From: Nemertoderma westbladi
Taxonomy: Eukaryota; Animalia; Xenacoelomorpha
Reading direction: 5' to 3'
NCBI GenBank assembly: GCA_032718475.1
Contig: JAUCBJ010002052.1
Span: 1 to 64,000 of the forward strand
DNA length: 64,000 bases
Of this stretch, positions 23,505 through 37,027 are shown in pieces. Below the pieces are notes generated by a model. It was not told where the DNA came from, made no database searches, and was given only the letters and a program-made list of their open reading frames with translations. Made by a program: the position numbers and the translations under genes. The stretch's first letter is position 1. Each line of letters opens with the position of its first letter.

Positions 23505-24610
23505 ATGGTCTTGGTATCAGGGAGCGATATACTCTACTTTCAAGCGTTTGTTGATAGCTTGATACGCGGTGATACTAGTCCAACTACTACGGAGGATGAT
23601 GGTCGTTATGTCGAACCTACGATTTCCTGGAAGTAACTTACGCGTGAATTGGACTATGGAAAATTCACCGCTCGCTATACGCATCGTAATGGTACGTATA
23701 TGGACTTCTTGACTACTGGTCATCCTATTGATTTACACGACACCGACGATATAGACACCGAAAGGGAAATGGTTTTATTTAAATATCATACCCAGCGGAG
23801 TCGAAACGATAAATCGAGAATAGAACACGAGAACTCTATTCGAAACAGACTCGAGAGGGAAGACGTTGAAGAACCTGATAAACGTCGCGACTTCAACGAC
23901 TATCTAGAATTCCTAAGAGAGACCTATCTCAATATTGCCAGTCAACAAAACCTCGAAACTCGATATCCTCAAGGTATACATCCAGACCCTATGATGGAAC
24001 TCAAACGGCTCTATTTTACGATGATGTATCTTACCGCCGATCGACCGCTACCTGTCGTTCCAGATAGCTTCGAACAGATGGAGGAATATTGTAAAACTGG
24101 AGAGCGATCACCCGCGTTTCCCCTTCAAGAAGTGCGTCTTTGGTATTATTACGATAAATGCGCTAGACCCAGCCAATAAACGGAAAGACATAAACATCCA
24201 CGGAAACGTTGTGTTAAACACAGTTGTGCTCGTTATATTTACTGGAGTTTCGAGCGAAACTTGTTTGACGTATCACCTATGCTCACTCGGCTCGAACGAT
24301 CCTGGAGTAAACCTACGATCAGAGTCCCGGAATACTCGGTCAAACCTCCTCATTCCTTAGTTGGACCTCAGACCTGCGATCCTGGTGGTGTCGTGGATCC
24401 TCGCGGACTGTATTCACTGTTCAAAGATCTAGTGCTACCCTAACAATTAATCGGTAACACTCCGACAGTGATTTCTAGCTAGCCGCCCATCTTACCTAGC
24501 CGGATTGTGACGCAGACACCTAATATCACTATCCAACCGTATGGTCGTCCCCGTTTAACGCGATACAACCCTTCATCAAGGTGAAGGAGAGCGTTGTACG
24601 AAACGAGTTA
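23505..24610 (+). pseudogene. Decayed accessory ORF2 of element B (env position, unknown protein)
   Basis: ATG 23505, ORF 23649-24179 and ORF 24261-24443 share one frame, separated by isolated stops; ATTGG and TATAAA upstream. Confidence 0.6.
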
Positions 24611-25073
24611 AACGCTATTCTATAAAGATCAAAAAGGAAATCTGCGTTTGTTCAGATAAACGTAAGTTATAACAGTAAGTCCAATCGATAAACGAATTAG
24701 CCTTATCTCAGTTCGATTGGGAAATCTCGAATCTCTAAGAAGAGATCAAGCTTAGAAAACCCTATTCTCTGCGAGAGTTTTGGACGAACGTATCCCATGA
24801 CAAGCGGAGGAAAATCAGCTCGAGGAGAAGCATATCGAACTGGACGAGACACCGACCGTAAACCCAAACCTTCTAATGCAATTGTATTGCACCCTTTACC
24901 CAGGAGTTATAGCCTTCCTAGTAAAGTGGCTCGCCCTAAAGAGAAAAGGACTCTGGCTAGCCTCGGGAAACTGCGTAAATGCCGTCCGCGCAAAGAAAAC
25001 TAACTGTTTAGAGTATCTTTATGTTTTAGAAACTGTGATTTTTATATTTTATAGACTGAAAATCCCATTTTCT

Positions 25074-25081
25074 GGGAGCGG
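25074..25081 (+). promoter_or_regulatory. Short polypurine tract candidate (GGGAGCGG)
   Basis: Immediately 5' of the 3' LTR. Confidence 0.5.
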
Positions 25082-26251
25082 TGTAAAAGCCTTTGCTGAA
25101 TTGCCCCGTTATTTTTATTATCTTTTACATTTAAATACTCTGTAGTTGATTTAATAGGTGTAAGAGACCGTATTATTGCTGTATCGGTGTTTTTTAGAGG
25201 ATCTAAGAGCTATTTCCTCTGTATGTGTACTGTGAAAGGCATAGTTGATGATTCTATGGCAATTCCGTGACGCAAAAGGTGATAGCTACTCTTGAACAGT
25301 AGTTACTATGACGACGGTTAACAGCTGATATTCATACGTGTCGATTTTCTTTGTTCTACGGCGTCTCTCAGTTCAGTCAGCCAATCAGAGCATTTTTATG
25401 GCTCTTGTACAGAAATTTCCTAGAAAACACGCAATGCGTTATGGGCAGTGTTTACATTCTGTCCTGAGCCAGGAGAGAGCGGCTTGGGAATATTTTGTGC
25501 TTTTCTGTTTTAGCCTAACACTAGTAGGCTTAATTATAAGGACATATATCCGTTATCTGACTGATTGTCTCAAACCAAACTGTTATACTGCTATTTACTG
25601 TCGGTTCTTCATAATATGGTTGATGAATTATTATATTTGGAATAACGATAAATAACCCCGAAAACCCAATATTCTTGATATACCGAAGGTAAGAGAGAAA
25701 GGTTACATATAACGATTGTGACTTATGTTAAAGTGGTTTGAAGTGAATCTAATGTTATTTGATAGACCCTACATGATTCGGTCCGTGTTCCTTTTATATG
25801 TGACTAAAATCAGTGAAGATCGGCAGATCAGTGTGCAGTATTGTGCAGCATTGTGTATGAGTGAGACTGATAACGAAGCATTTCCTAAAGAATGCGCCAT
25901 ATATGTGAATTGTAACTAAGCCATATCGTTGCATGTAGTTTAAGTCATAGCTCTGTTTATATAGATAGAGCGCCACGTCCTAAAGGAACTGTTAATATTC
26001 CCCGAAGGTGAATAATATTGTCAGAGATTATATAATACTGTCAGTCGAATAATACATTAGGCTTACATAGCAATACGATTAAGCCGTCGAACCCAATCTC
26101 CCGGGTATATCCAGCGGGTGAATGATCGGGCACCGATTGGTTTCGACTAGTGTAGTGAATCAAATACTTGTCAGAGGCTAAAAGTGATTTATTATCTAGA
26201 AGACATCCTAATTTGGCGGGTTAAACTGCCAAAGGTCTGAAAGCGCGAACA
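25082..26251 (+). repeat. 3' LTR of element B
   Basis: Same length as and near-identical to the 5' LTR; followed by the AGTAC TSD. Confidence 0.95.
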
Positions 26252-28194
26252 AGTACTCCTAAGTCATTGTTGCCTGGTCTGCAAAACCTTGAAATGTATT
26301 CTATTCGCACGCGTCGGCCCATTATCAACAAGTAAGAAACGTGATTGGCGCAAGTTTTTTGTGCTGCTTCCCAGTAGTGGATAGTTAGTTACTGGTATCT
26401 CTTTGTTTCATTACCCGTTCCTTGGTCCTTGCATACCTACCAGAAAGGTTTTTACTTAACTTGCTCTACAATTAATTAAATAATATGATTATGAATTAAT
26501 GTAATAAATTTATATTTTTGGGCTAATTTGAAGGAAATTTGGGCGCTCTCAAAATTGGGGATAAGCTGTATAGATTGGTGTTGGAAATTGAACAGCTGAA
26601 GTGCATCCATTAAATGATTATAATTCGCTAACAATTCACATTAATTTTTTGTTGAGCCCTTTTATAACTATTGTATAAACCCTTTTATCTTTTGTTATCA
26701 TTATTGGTTTTTCAGTACATCAGAAGTAATTCAAAAGTAATACAATACGAACGTGATAACTTATTAATTCTTAGGAATGTTCTATTTGTAATGCAGATTA
26801 CGACATCATTGTAAATTATTTATGTTATGTTCTCATAAATAATGTCTATATTTATAGCACAATTATTATTGAGTCCAGTCCGAGAAGTTAAGATGATTAA
26901 TGTTATTGTGAACTACCTTATTGTGTAGTAACTATTAACTCCATGACATTAATAGAGCAGAGGGGCATGGCATATTGCAATGCACCTGTTTAGCTCAATA
27001 CACTGAAGCAGAGAGACATAAAACAAACAAATATACACCATTACAGCAGTTTAACTATTAAATTGGAAATCTCTCCAATGTTACTTTAATACGATGTAAA
27101 TAAATTATTATTATAATTCAACTTTAAATCAGCCACTTTGAGATACTTTTATTGACTTCGGCCTAACTTATTATTATACAGTATTATATATTGAAAGGTG
27201 TGATGTAACGGCATACTCAGAACTTAATTAACGTTTAAATTACATTACATCAAATAGTAATAAATTACCTTATGCACATTCGTCGAATAATGATATTTTT
27301 AGATTTCTTATCTTGGGTTATTTATATTTATTATGATAAGCACCAGATTCTCATACAAAGGCAAATCCCAAGGGCTTATAAATTTTAATCATTTTTGACT
27401 GTAGCGGGCTGAATAATAATGTGAGAATTGCGTTATCTTTTTCCATTTTATATTGAAAATTTCCAGATTAAAAGATTTAAATCTGCTCCTTTCCTTAAAT
27501 TGACTATTTGGCATTGAGACGAGATGGGATTTGCGTTCAGCCCCCCCCCCCCCCCCCCCCCCATCTCCTGTCTCAAAGGCAAACAATGCGGTTTTTATTA
27601 ATCTCTTTCCATCTGATGATATTTTCGTAATTAAGTCAAATATATTTAAATTAATTCCATTAACACAAATATTCCAGCATTAAAGTACCCATACTGGAAG
27701 TAATTACAATATCTAACTATATACAGTTAGTAGTCCTACTAGTTAACAACGGAAGAACAAATAACTTACCATTGTAATAAAAAATTCTAACAGTCGGTCA
27801 TTTTATCTATAACAAAATACACCATAGAATTAGGTATAATGAAAATAAATGATGATTTGAGGGACATTATTTATTAATTATCAAAAAAAATAGCCAACAA
27901 TAAATTGTCCTGTTGCTAATATTGGACAAATCAACGGTTGAATTGTTGTGTTATACCTGTAAGAGGACAATATTTGGTGGGGGCTCCAGGTTAATGAAGA
28001 GGGCAGGTCTATTACATGTTCACTCAAATAAATTCGACTCAGATTAGGAGCCAGAGAATGGCCTTTACAATGATGGAGAATAGAGATTATTTAGATAGAT
28101 CCAACCTTCTTCTCAATGAGACATTCCAAGATAGATTCAGACAGCTGTTTGAACTATGTACCTAAGACAGAGAGACATTTGATGATGCTCTTAC

Positions 28195-29161
28195 TTAAGG
28201 GGGGGGGGGGGGGGGGGGGTATACCCCCCTTAGGTTAAATTTTCAAATTGATGCTTCTTTCTTTAATATGTAGAGCAGAATTTAATGAGGATTACAAATC
28301 TGAAAGCCGCTTTATTGAGACCTCTTTCAGTTCTCGAGTTATCACTGTTTTTCTGTTTGACGGTCTGTCCGCCAAATTGTAAGAAAGACAGAAAACCGAC
28401 AGACAGACAGACTGACTAGATTTCACCAAACATTAAAATTTACATCGGAAATGAATTCAGCGATCCCGAAAATCCCCGGGATGAAAATTTTAGCTCTTTG
28501 GTGTACATCCCTCGTACCAGAAATATTTAACCAACCAGAACACAGACAGCCAATTTTGGCGGGACGGTTTAAACTTTGAAGGGCATTTACTCGGAATGAC
28601 ATTTTTCATTACTACTACTTAATTACTACTCCTCCTTCATTTTTCAAACCATTTTCTTCGTTTTTGTCTCATTCGAACGAGCTGTGAAATCTCTTTAAAA
28701 GATATCTTATGGAACTTTGATAAACTTTTACCATTTTTTGTAATTAGCCAATTTTAATTAAAAATCTGATAATTAATTAATTAAATAAATTAACTAAAAT
28801 AAAGATAAAAATGGCTAATTACAAATTCGATAAGATACACTTTTGTAGAGTCGATGAAGCTGAGTAAAAAAAAAGTTGGTTTCAAGAAAGGTGGACCAAG
28901 ATTGAGGCCGGGAGACTAGTAGCAATTTTAGTTATATCTTTAATTCCGCCGCCGGCCGCTAGGGGGAGGCTATAAATTTTCAAATGTTCCTATGGAGGCT
29001 ATTTGGCCTTCCATACAGTGGTTGGTGGGCCATGACAAAATAGCAATATTATCATTTAACACTAATTGACAGTCAATTGAATAAAAAAGGTTCATGGAGG
29101 GGTATTTTCGAAATTTTATTATTGTTCTTGTTTTGTCACAAATAAGGACCGGGTCACACAT
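28195..29161. mobile_element. Probable non-autonomous DNA-element remnants (poly-G start after TTAA, (ACAG)n tract)
   Basis: TTAAG-G-run start; ACAGACAGAC microsatellite and GAATTCAGCGATCCCGAAAA motif resembling 63590-63680; boundaries uncertain. Confidence 0.35.
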
Positions 29162-29867
29162 GAGCTTTCAACTTTCAACATTCAACAATTCATTGTATGA
29201 AGACGTTCCCACCTAAGCAGTCAACTTTAAAACACGGTCGGTACTTTCAATTATCAACTTTAAAACACAGTAGTCATACATATCCTATGTTTGAATGCTG
29301 GCGGCATCTCTAGTATAGACAACGAATCAGAGAAGAAACAATACTTACCTACTGAATAATGCACAACCATTTTATAGTCTTTCTATTGAAATATTGCCAA
29401 AGATTGTTAAATTATCTGAAAGTTAAATGTTAATGTGTGAACCGGGATGTTGAATGTTGATATCTAAAAGTTTCATATTGAAATTTGAATGTTGTGCGCA
29501 TGTTTGACCCTGGCTTAAACTAACTAACTGAAGGAGAAATGTTTACACGAGGTGTTGGTTTAACAGAGTAACATTGCAGGTTAACCTGTGCATCAGTGGA
29601 TCTAGGAATTTATGAAGGGGGGTGAGGGGGGGGGGGGGGGGGGGGTACTTGTTAACCACCCCCTCCCCCGCCCCCCAATGAAATTAGAAATAGAGATAGC
29701 TAATATATATAATTTGTTTTTACAGTACTAGTTTACAGGTTCGTAGCCAGGATTTTAAAAGGGCAATTTTACCAAAAAGGGTACTTTTTAATTCGTTTAA
29801 CTAATGAAATATAGGCCTATCCATTGGTTTAGCCAGATCATATTAAGGCAGGAGTAAGGTGGGGGGC

Positions 29868-30560
29868 TACTACTACTGTAATCTGCCTGCTGCATTGAAA
29901 CTGCACATTGAGATGCTATTTTGTCACCACCATGCAATCCACAATTGGCAAGCCCAATGCAGCGTGCATTAAGAACGCTATATAGGAATGCTTATAAACA
30001 AAGTTGCACCGCCACAACTCCCTATCATTCTTTCGCATAAACATACCATCCTTTGAGCTTATGCTCATCCGGTCAGAGACTTGCTTAGGACTTTCAAAGG
30101 TAACTGTCACAATTTTGGTCTTTCTGGAGTTAATAAAAAGACCAACACTAGAAGCAGCCTGTTCTAATGAGCTGAGGAGCCGTTGGGCTCCCTCTAGTGA
30201 TTCTGAGAGTACTCCTAAGTCCTCAGTTATCAGCAAAGTTATCAGTTTGGTACAGCACTTGGCAGGATTTCCTTGACTTCTGGAGCCAGTTGGACTATCG
30301 CCAATGGGAATATCTGGGAGTACAGACTCAGACACTTTTACTTCTATATAGTTATCAGGCAATATCCTGTCATTATTGAGGAGCTTTTCAAAGTGGGCCT
30401 TCCAACCATTGAGGCGATTGGCTGGTGATTCAGCCTTAACCTTGGTGGTTGGTTGGCTTTTTCGACCAGTAAGCAAGTTGATCGATTTCCATGCCTGGGA
30501 TGATTGCCTGTTGTCGTCGGCATCATTGATGGCATCAACAATGTCCTCTTGTTGCGGGAG
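29868..30560 (-). mobile_element. RTE LINE fragment with internal deletions
   Basis: Peptide DLGVLSESLEGAQRLL shared with other copies, fused to upstream WKAHFEKLLN segment and the 3' UTR. Confidence 0.85.
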
Positions 30561-30834
30561 GCCCTAGGCCGCGGCCTATTCGGCCTATATGCCTAAATCC
30601 GGCCCTGATTATTTAAAAAAAAATAGATTTAAATAGATACATTAACTGATTAAATACATAAACAATTATTATTACTAATTAATTATAATATTAAAATAAT
30701 TATTATAATTAATTAATAAAATAAATAATTAATAATTTATAAGTAATTAAACAGGACTAAGGATGATCCAACTCTATAGCAAATGGAGCGGAAAAAATGA
30801 ATAATGAAATAATTCGAAAAAATGAAATAATTAA

Positions 30835-31100
30835 TAATTAAATAAATAATTAATAAAATATTAAATAAATAATTAATAAAATATTAAATAAATAATTAAT
30901 AAAATATTAAATAAATAATTAATAAAATATTAAATAAATAATTAATAAAATATTAAATAAATAATTAATAAAATATTAAATAAATAATTAATAAAATATT
31001 AAATAAATAATTAATAAAATATTAAATAAATAATTAATAAAATATTAAATAAATAATTAATAAAGTATTAAATAAATAATTAATAAAATATTAAATAAAT
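30835..31100. repeat. AT-only 23-bp minisatellite (AATAAATAATTAATAAAATATTA)n
   Basis: About 11 tandem units. Confidence 0.9.
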
Positions 31101-31857
31101 TATAATATACTATACTAATAAAAGTATGATAGTATTAAAATAATAGTAAACCAATTGACAGTATGATATCTGACAAGACTATTAACCATTATTACATAAC
31201 CAGTGACTTAATTAAACAAGCTCTGTCCAATCAGATCACATAATGGCCTTGGCCTGCGGCCTCGCAGTTCCCTTCAATAAGATTGTTTTACATCACCATT
31301 GGGCTACGTACCTATCTTACATTGCTATATTGAACACTGTCAGACTATTTGAACACAGTTGGAGTCAAAACCTCAATGCTGTTCCCCACTGTACACTGTA
31401 CTCACAGTGCTGAACAGCAGTGACAATGAGGCGTCTTCCTGCTGTGGTCAATTAGGCTTCCCTTGCTTTCATTATGTCGAAGTTCCAAGGCTACATTTTA
31501 CAGACTACGATGGTAGAGATGGGGGGGGGGGGGGGGGGGGGGTATTAGTGGTAATGTGGCTGAGGGCTACAACATTTAGATGGAGTCTTCTTATATTTAG
31601 CTTAAGTTAACCTTTCTTTGGCTACCCATATGCATTGCCTGGGCTGGGACAATGTGAATCCTATCTGGTCGGGCTGCTAATGGAACTAACATTTATTGCT
31701 TTGCTGGAAAGTATTTTACAGATATTACATCATTTAATTAAATTTCTCCGGCCCTTTCAACATTTTTTCAAAGGGGGGGGGGGGGGGGGGGTGGGGTGGG
31801 GTGGCATGGCCCAATGCCCCCCCCCCCCCGAAATCCGCCACTTTTTTGCACACGCAT

Positions 31858-32797
31858 ATTTAAGAATGCTGTGTCGGCTTGTCAACAAAATTGACCGCCA
31901 CAACTCCCTATCACCCATGACATTCGCTAGATCATCCGCATCTTCAAGGCCAGTGTCCTTTAAGATGCGTCTCAAGAAAGTCATGGGCTGTCCACCATGC
32001 TTATTCACTCCATGAGGCTGCCAAAGTACAAGATTATGCACTGGCTGGTCCTCACGGTGAAAGCAATGTCCTGCAAAGCGGAGGCGATTTTGTTCTAGTG
32101 TCAAGCTTGGGGGAACCAATGAGACACCTCCAATGTTATATAGTGTCTGGTTGGAGATGTGTGCATTGTACTTGACACAATGAACCCGGCGTAGCATTCT
32201 TGTGAATGTGCCATCCAGAGATTTGGTGTCCTCAGCAGTTAGAGCCCAGCATGGACTCCCGTAGAGGAGTACTGGAACTACTGCTGCTCTAAATAATCGG
32301 ACCTTAAGTTTCCGATTAATTCTTGGTGACTTCCAAATCCTAGAAAGCCTATTCAAGGCTGCCCATGCCTTTCCCTTACGTATTTGAAGGTCCTCACCTG
32401 ACTTCCGGATCCATGATCCCAGGTAACAGAAGTCGTCCACATGCTCAAGCATACCATCCTTTGAGCTTATGCTCATCCGATCAGAGACTTGCTGAGGACT
32501 TTCAAAGTTAACTGTCAAAATTTTGGTCTTTCTGGAGTTAATAAAAAGACCAACACTAGAAGCAGCATGTTCTAATGAGCTGAGGAGCCGTTGGGCTCCC
32601 TCTAATGATTCTGAGAGTACTCCTAAGTCATCAGCAAAGTCTAGATCAGTTAGGTACTTGGCAGGATTTCCTCGACTTCTGGAGCCAGTAGGTGGAGTTA
32701 TCATCACCCCATCATCATTATGATGATCTAAGGACATGCGTAGAACATAGTCAACCACAATAATGAACTAGAATGGTGCAAGTGTGTCTCCTTGGAG
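31858..32797 (-). mobile_element. RTE LINE 3' fragment with open RT C-terminal half
   Basis: QGDTLAP upstream, LDFADDL motif, RLRFAGHCFHRED. Confidence 0.93.
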
Positions 32798-32824
32798 GGC
32801 TGCTGTGCACGATCTTGTGCTTTG

Positions 32825-33108
32825 GCATGGACAGCCTGGACTGGACAGCCCATGACCTGGACAGCCCATGAATTTCGTGAGACGTCTCCTAAAGGACACT
32901 GGCCTTGAAGATACGGATAATCGCGCGAGCGAGGGTCATGGGGGATTTGCAGTTGTGGCGGTACAATTTTGTCGATAAGCCGGCATAACATTCTTAATGT
33001 ATGCTGCATCACAGCAAGCCAATTGTAGATTGCATGGTGATGACACAAACTTTTTTGTTACGCCACATCACATCTCAATGTGCAGCAATAATGCAGCAGG
33101 CCGATAAC
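32825..33108 (+). mobile_element. Short RTE 3'-end fragment in opposite orientation
   Basis: GGACAGCCCATG...GGACACTGGCCTTGAAGA...CATTCTTAA plus 3' UTR. Confidence 0.75.
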
Positions 33109-33326
33109 ACGGATTGACGTTTAAACATACATTAGGTTTGAAATTTTAATTTGATTTTAGCTTCACATTTTGCGAGTATGCCATAAATAGTAGCTATTAT
33201 AATATTTAATATATTTTTCTGTTCTGTTTTTTTCTGTTATTATTTTGCGTTTTCATAAATAAAAATTAATTCTACATTTTTATTTTGGTCGCATAATTTT
33301 CATACAAACTCAAATTATTCTTATAG

Positions 33327-33470
33327 AGAGATATTGACGTGAACCCGTCGCAAGAGGAGGTTATGAAACGTTTTGTGTTCGGTAATGGAGCTGCACAGAA
33401 ACGTGGTCGTTGTGGATGGAAGAGCTGGGGCGTTGGCGCAGATTGCTATGGGTCTGACACCAGTCGCTAA
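33327..33470 (+). CDS. Candidate terminal exon of a peptide precursor (RDIDVNPSQEEVMKR-FVFGNGAAQ-KR-GRCGWKSWGVGADCYGSDTSR*)
   Basis: Preceded by TTCTTATAG acceptor; GC-rich island; two KR sites; two Cys; AATAAA at 33618. Confidence 0.55.
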   Translation, partial: RDIDVNPSQEEVMKRFVFGNGAAQKRGRCGWKSWGVGADCYGSDTSR

Positions 33471-33999
33471 CTAATAACAAACTATGATGTCATGGATACA
33501 CAACAAAAACGACTCTCCTATAAGGCTATTTAATTAATTCTAGACTATTTTTGTATGAAGACGTTATATATTTCCCATAAAACACAGTTCGACCGGTTAT
33601 AGCAGCTTGTTGTCACTAATAAATGTATTTATTAAACTTAGGCATGGTAAGGTGAACTTCATTCGGTATAATTAATGTAACATGTAATTTATTAATTAAT
33701 ATAATTATGAATTAATTGAACTAAAGTTATTCTTATTTCTTACTCAACTTTTAATCAAATAACTTTCATTAAAAATATCTTTAAAACATGATTCGGAGGC
33801 GGGAAGCGAATCGATGTAAGGAAAAGAACAGCAAGCGCGAAAATCCTGAACTTCATAGTTTAATAAAACGATCAATGAGTTAAAATGCCGAGCCCAGTCC
33901 CCAGCCCAACAGTTGGGAAGAAGTGTTTGAATTTAGTACTCCCGTTCTCGGGGTAACATTTACCCCGAGAGTGACCTTATTGAATGGGAGAATCTTTTA

Positions 34000-34245
34000 G
34001 GCTCGTTAAGCCAAGGAATGCCTGTTCACCACCATGGGTGATCTTCCACAGTAAACCCTTCCACTCTGTTTCCCAAGTTGCCTTGGTTCCCATTTATCGA
34101 CCACTGAAGGATGAAAGCCGGGGTTGGGCTACAGTAGGCTGCAGCATTTAAAGCACTGTGCCCAAACAGTGCTGCCCCATCTAGGGATCGAACCCGGGCT
34201 CCCTAATCGGAAGCACAGTAATGTCACCACTAGACCAAGCTGCTG
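34000..34245 (-). mobile_element. tRNA-derived SINE
   Basis: Box A TGGTCTAGTGG, box B GGTTCGATCCC, central GCTTTCATCCTTCAGTGGTCGATAAATG resembling a conserved SINE core (Meta-like). Confidence 0.75.
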
Positions 34246-35411
34246 CTTATTGAGAGTGACCTTATTAGTTACCTTATTAGAAATAGGTTACGCTAACTTT
34301 TTGATAATAGTTTTGAGAAAATAGACCTAAGAGTTATGTTTAGACCTTCAGCTATAGGCCTATTAGGATCATTCTTAGGCTATAAGGACAAAAGCAGCCT
34401 TTTCCGATCTAATGTTGTCTATTTATATTCCTGTGGTAGCTGTCACAATGCCTAATACAGTACAGTACATAGGCAAGACAGTCAGACAACAAACTTGCGA
34501 AAAAATTAGAATTTATAAAGAAATATATTAATATATGAAATAAATAAATAAATGAATAATTGAAATGAAATAAGGTGGATTCTGATAAAAAAAGATTAAA
34601 ATGAAATATATAAAAAAAATAAAAACAACAAAGATAAAAATAAAAAAATGGGAGAGGGGGGAGGGGGTTGGGAAATAGAAATAAAATACAACCAGTGAAT
34701 TACTAGCTGATACCGTAGAGGGCCGCATAGGAAGAAGACTCCATTAATCCAAGACTCCAAGACTCCAAAGAAAACTCCACTCCAGTAATTATAATTTGGA
34801 TGAATTTTGACTCTTTAGGGAGAATTAATGATCACTCTCAATTTTGTATTGGGTTCGAACTCGCATCACAAAATTTGCATTTCAATAAATTTTAAACCAA
34901 AATTGTAACATTACGCAATGCCGTTAGTATTAACAGCGAGTTGTTATTTAGCACTTTACAACTTTAGAGGACATTAGGCCTACAGTATTGTATTGGCCTG
35001 TACAATTAGTATTGTATTGGTGTATTATTATTTATGTAATCTCCCGATAGCGTCAAAGTAAAATTACGCCGTCATGGTAACCACATAAACCATTTACACA
35101 CAAGTACTGTATGTAGTGACAAAAGCGACAAAAATTTATTCTTAATTGCCTGACAGCCAGATAGGCCTACTGCATTACATACCGGTAGGCGGGGTATAGC
35201 TATTAATAACCAGTTGGGCCTAGCTATATTACAGTATTATAACATGGCACCACACGCCACCATAAATATAAGCTAACTTATTTATAACATAATTTATGTC
35301 ATTTTTACATTTATATATACATACAGCAACTAATTTAATTTGTGCAGTTTCTATCACTTATAATATATATACAATCATTTCGTAATGTTTACATTTTGGA
35401 ATAAAACTACA

Positions 35412-35548
35412 TACATACTTGTTGCAAAGTACTTTACAGTGTTCTGATCCTCGTGGCTTTATTTTCACTCACTCCCTAACGTTCGTTCGTGTAACAAAGC
35501 CAATCGGATCATCACACTGTAAAGTGCTACTTTACACACAAGTATGTA
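35412..35548. repeat. Hairpin MITE-like element
   Basis: TACATACTTGT..ACTTTACAGTGT..TGATCC ... GGATCA..ACACTGTAAAGT..ACAAGTATGTA. Confidence 0.65.
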
Positions 35549-36892
35549 AATAGATATTCACGTATAAAACATATTTTAATTTTAGATCTTTTTTTAAAAA
35601 ACAGTGAAAAATACTTAGCAAATTGTTGATATTTTATAGAAAATTTATTTTATTCTAGAAGATTTTACAAAAAGTTGAAAATCATTCTTAATATAGCCAT
35701 CATTAATTAATAATTATTTGATGTACGGAGTTATCCTGCGGAATCATCCGTGTTGGATTGGAATTGTAAGGAGCAGAATTGTGTACATAAAATAATCTAA
35801 TTTGAGATATTAGAGATGAAGAAAATATATTGAGTAAAGTAATAACTCAATATATGTTCTTCATCTTGCGTTTGCTACCATAGATTTGCAGTGGTAGGAG
35901 ACAGATGTGCTGGTTCACATGCTCTGCGATTTTAAATTTTGAAATATAATGCGTTTGATAACACAACAATATAATTATCGACTTTAGGATTATAGAAATA
36001 CACGTGTTCCTACGTGTACGTAGAGAAGGATTATTATATTGACTCTGTTGAATGTGGAATTCTTTGCTATAACCAATATCAAGGAAGTGCAGGTTGCAAC
36101 ATGCGATTACATTGATCCACGAATGGAGGCTACCATGCATAAGTTTCTTACATGTCATACATAATATTAATATTACGTAACACATCATACCATTCGAGCA
36201 TTTGTTAAACAACTACTGTAGTTAATAAATTATAGATTGCTTTTAGATTTGAATTAAGTCTAAAACTTCTAAATCCCATTTCTACATTTAATTAACAATT
36301 TGTTTTATAACATAATAAAATTATAATAGTAAGTTAATATTACCCAAGAAACAATAGTGTTTATTCTTAAATTGTTACTTTTTCGCTCAAATTTACCCCA
36401 AAATCGGGAAAAGTTGCACTTTTTTCCTAGGGAAAAAAAGTACCCATAGGATTGCATTTATTTAAAATTTTAAGATTTTAAAGTAAAATATTTTTGGAGG
36501 AATTTCTTAAATATTATTAAATGTGTTGAAAAAACATAGACGTAGAAAAGGTTTGCACGTAATTTGAGCAAAATCCATGCATGCACTCAAAAGTTATGGG
36601 AAATTTAGTGTTTGCGCGGCGTACTCCAAAACGGAACTCAATATCCAATATTGGTTTATTTAGTTAAGCGGCTCTCTAGTTACGTAATAAATATTCGAGA
36701 ACACTAAATTATTTAACATTGAGTAAGGCAGAATAGGAGTTGAAGGGTACAGTAATTTAAATTGTAGTACTGTAACTATGGAAGCAATATAGTAAAATAC
36801 TATAGATATATATATTTATTTTATAACACTATATCGCTGTACGTTTTATTAAAGAATTAAACAAAAAACTACCAATTTAAGAATAAAATTAC

Positions 36893-37027
36893 GTATTACA
36901 TGGGAAAAAAAACGCAGAACAATTTTTTAAATATTCTCTCGACTCTTATAACCTCGCTGACGCTCGGTAAATCAAATGCCTCGAGAATAGTGAGAAAAAG
37001 TTCTACTTTTTTCCCTTGTATGTAATA
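36893..37027. repeat. Imperfect hairpin MITE-like element
   Basis: TATTACAT..GGGAAAAAA..AGAAC / GTTCT..TTTTTTCCC..ATGTAATA arms around CCTCGCTGACGCTCGG. Confidence 0.5.

Larger units (their letters stand above)
10027..26251 (+). mobile_element. Complete non-autonomous BEL/Pao LTR retroelement, copy B (16.2 kb including a nested insertion)
   Basis: Paired 1170-bp LTRs TG..CA; AGTAC TSD at 10022-10026 and 26252-26256; gag with three Cys/His knuckles and aspartic protease. Confidence 0.95.

Noticed and set aside
34180-34245. tRNA gene
   Set aside because: Has A and B boxes but no convincing cloverleaf and continues into a SINE body; the remnant at 42945-43005 is likewise not a gene
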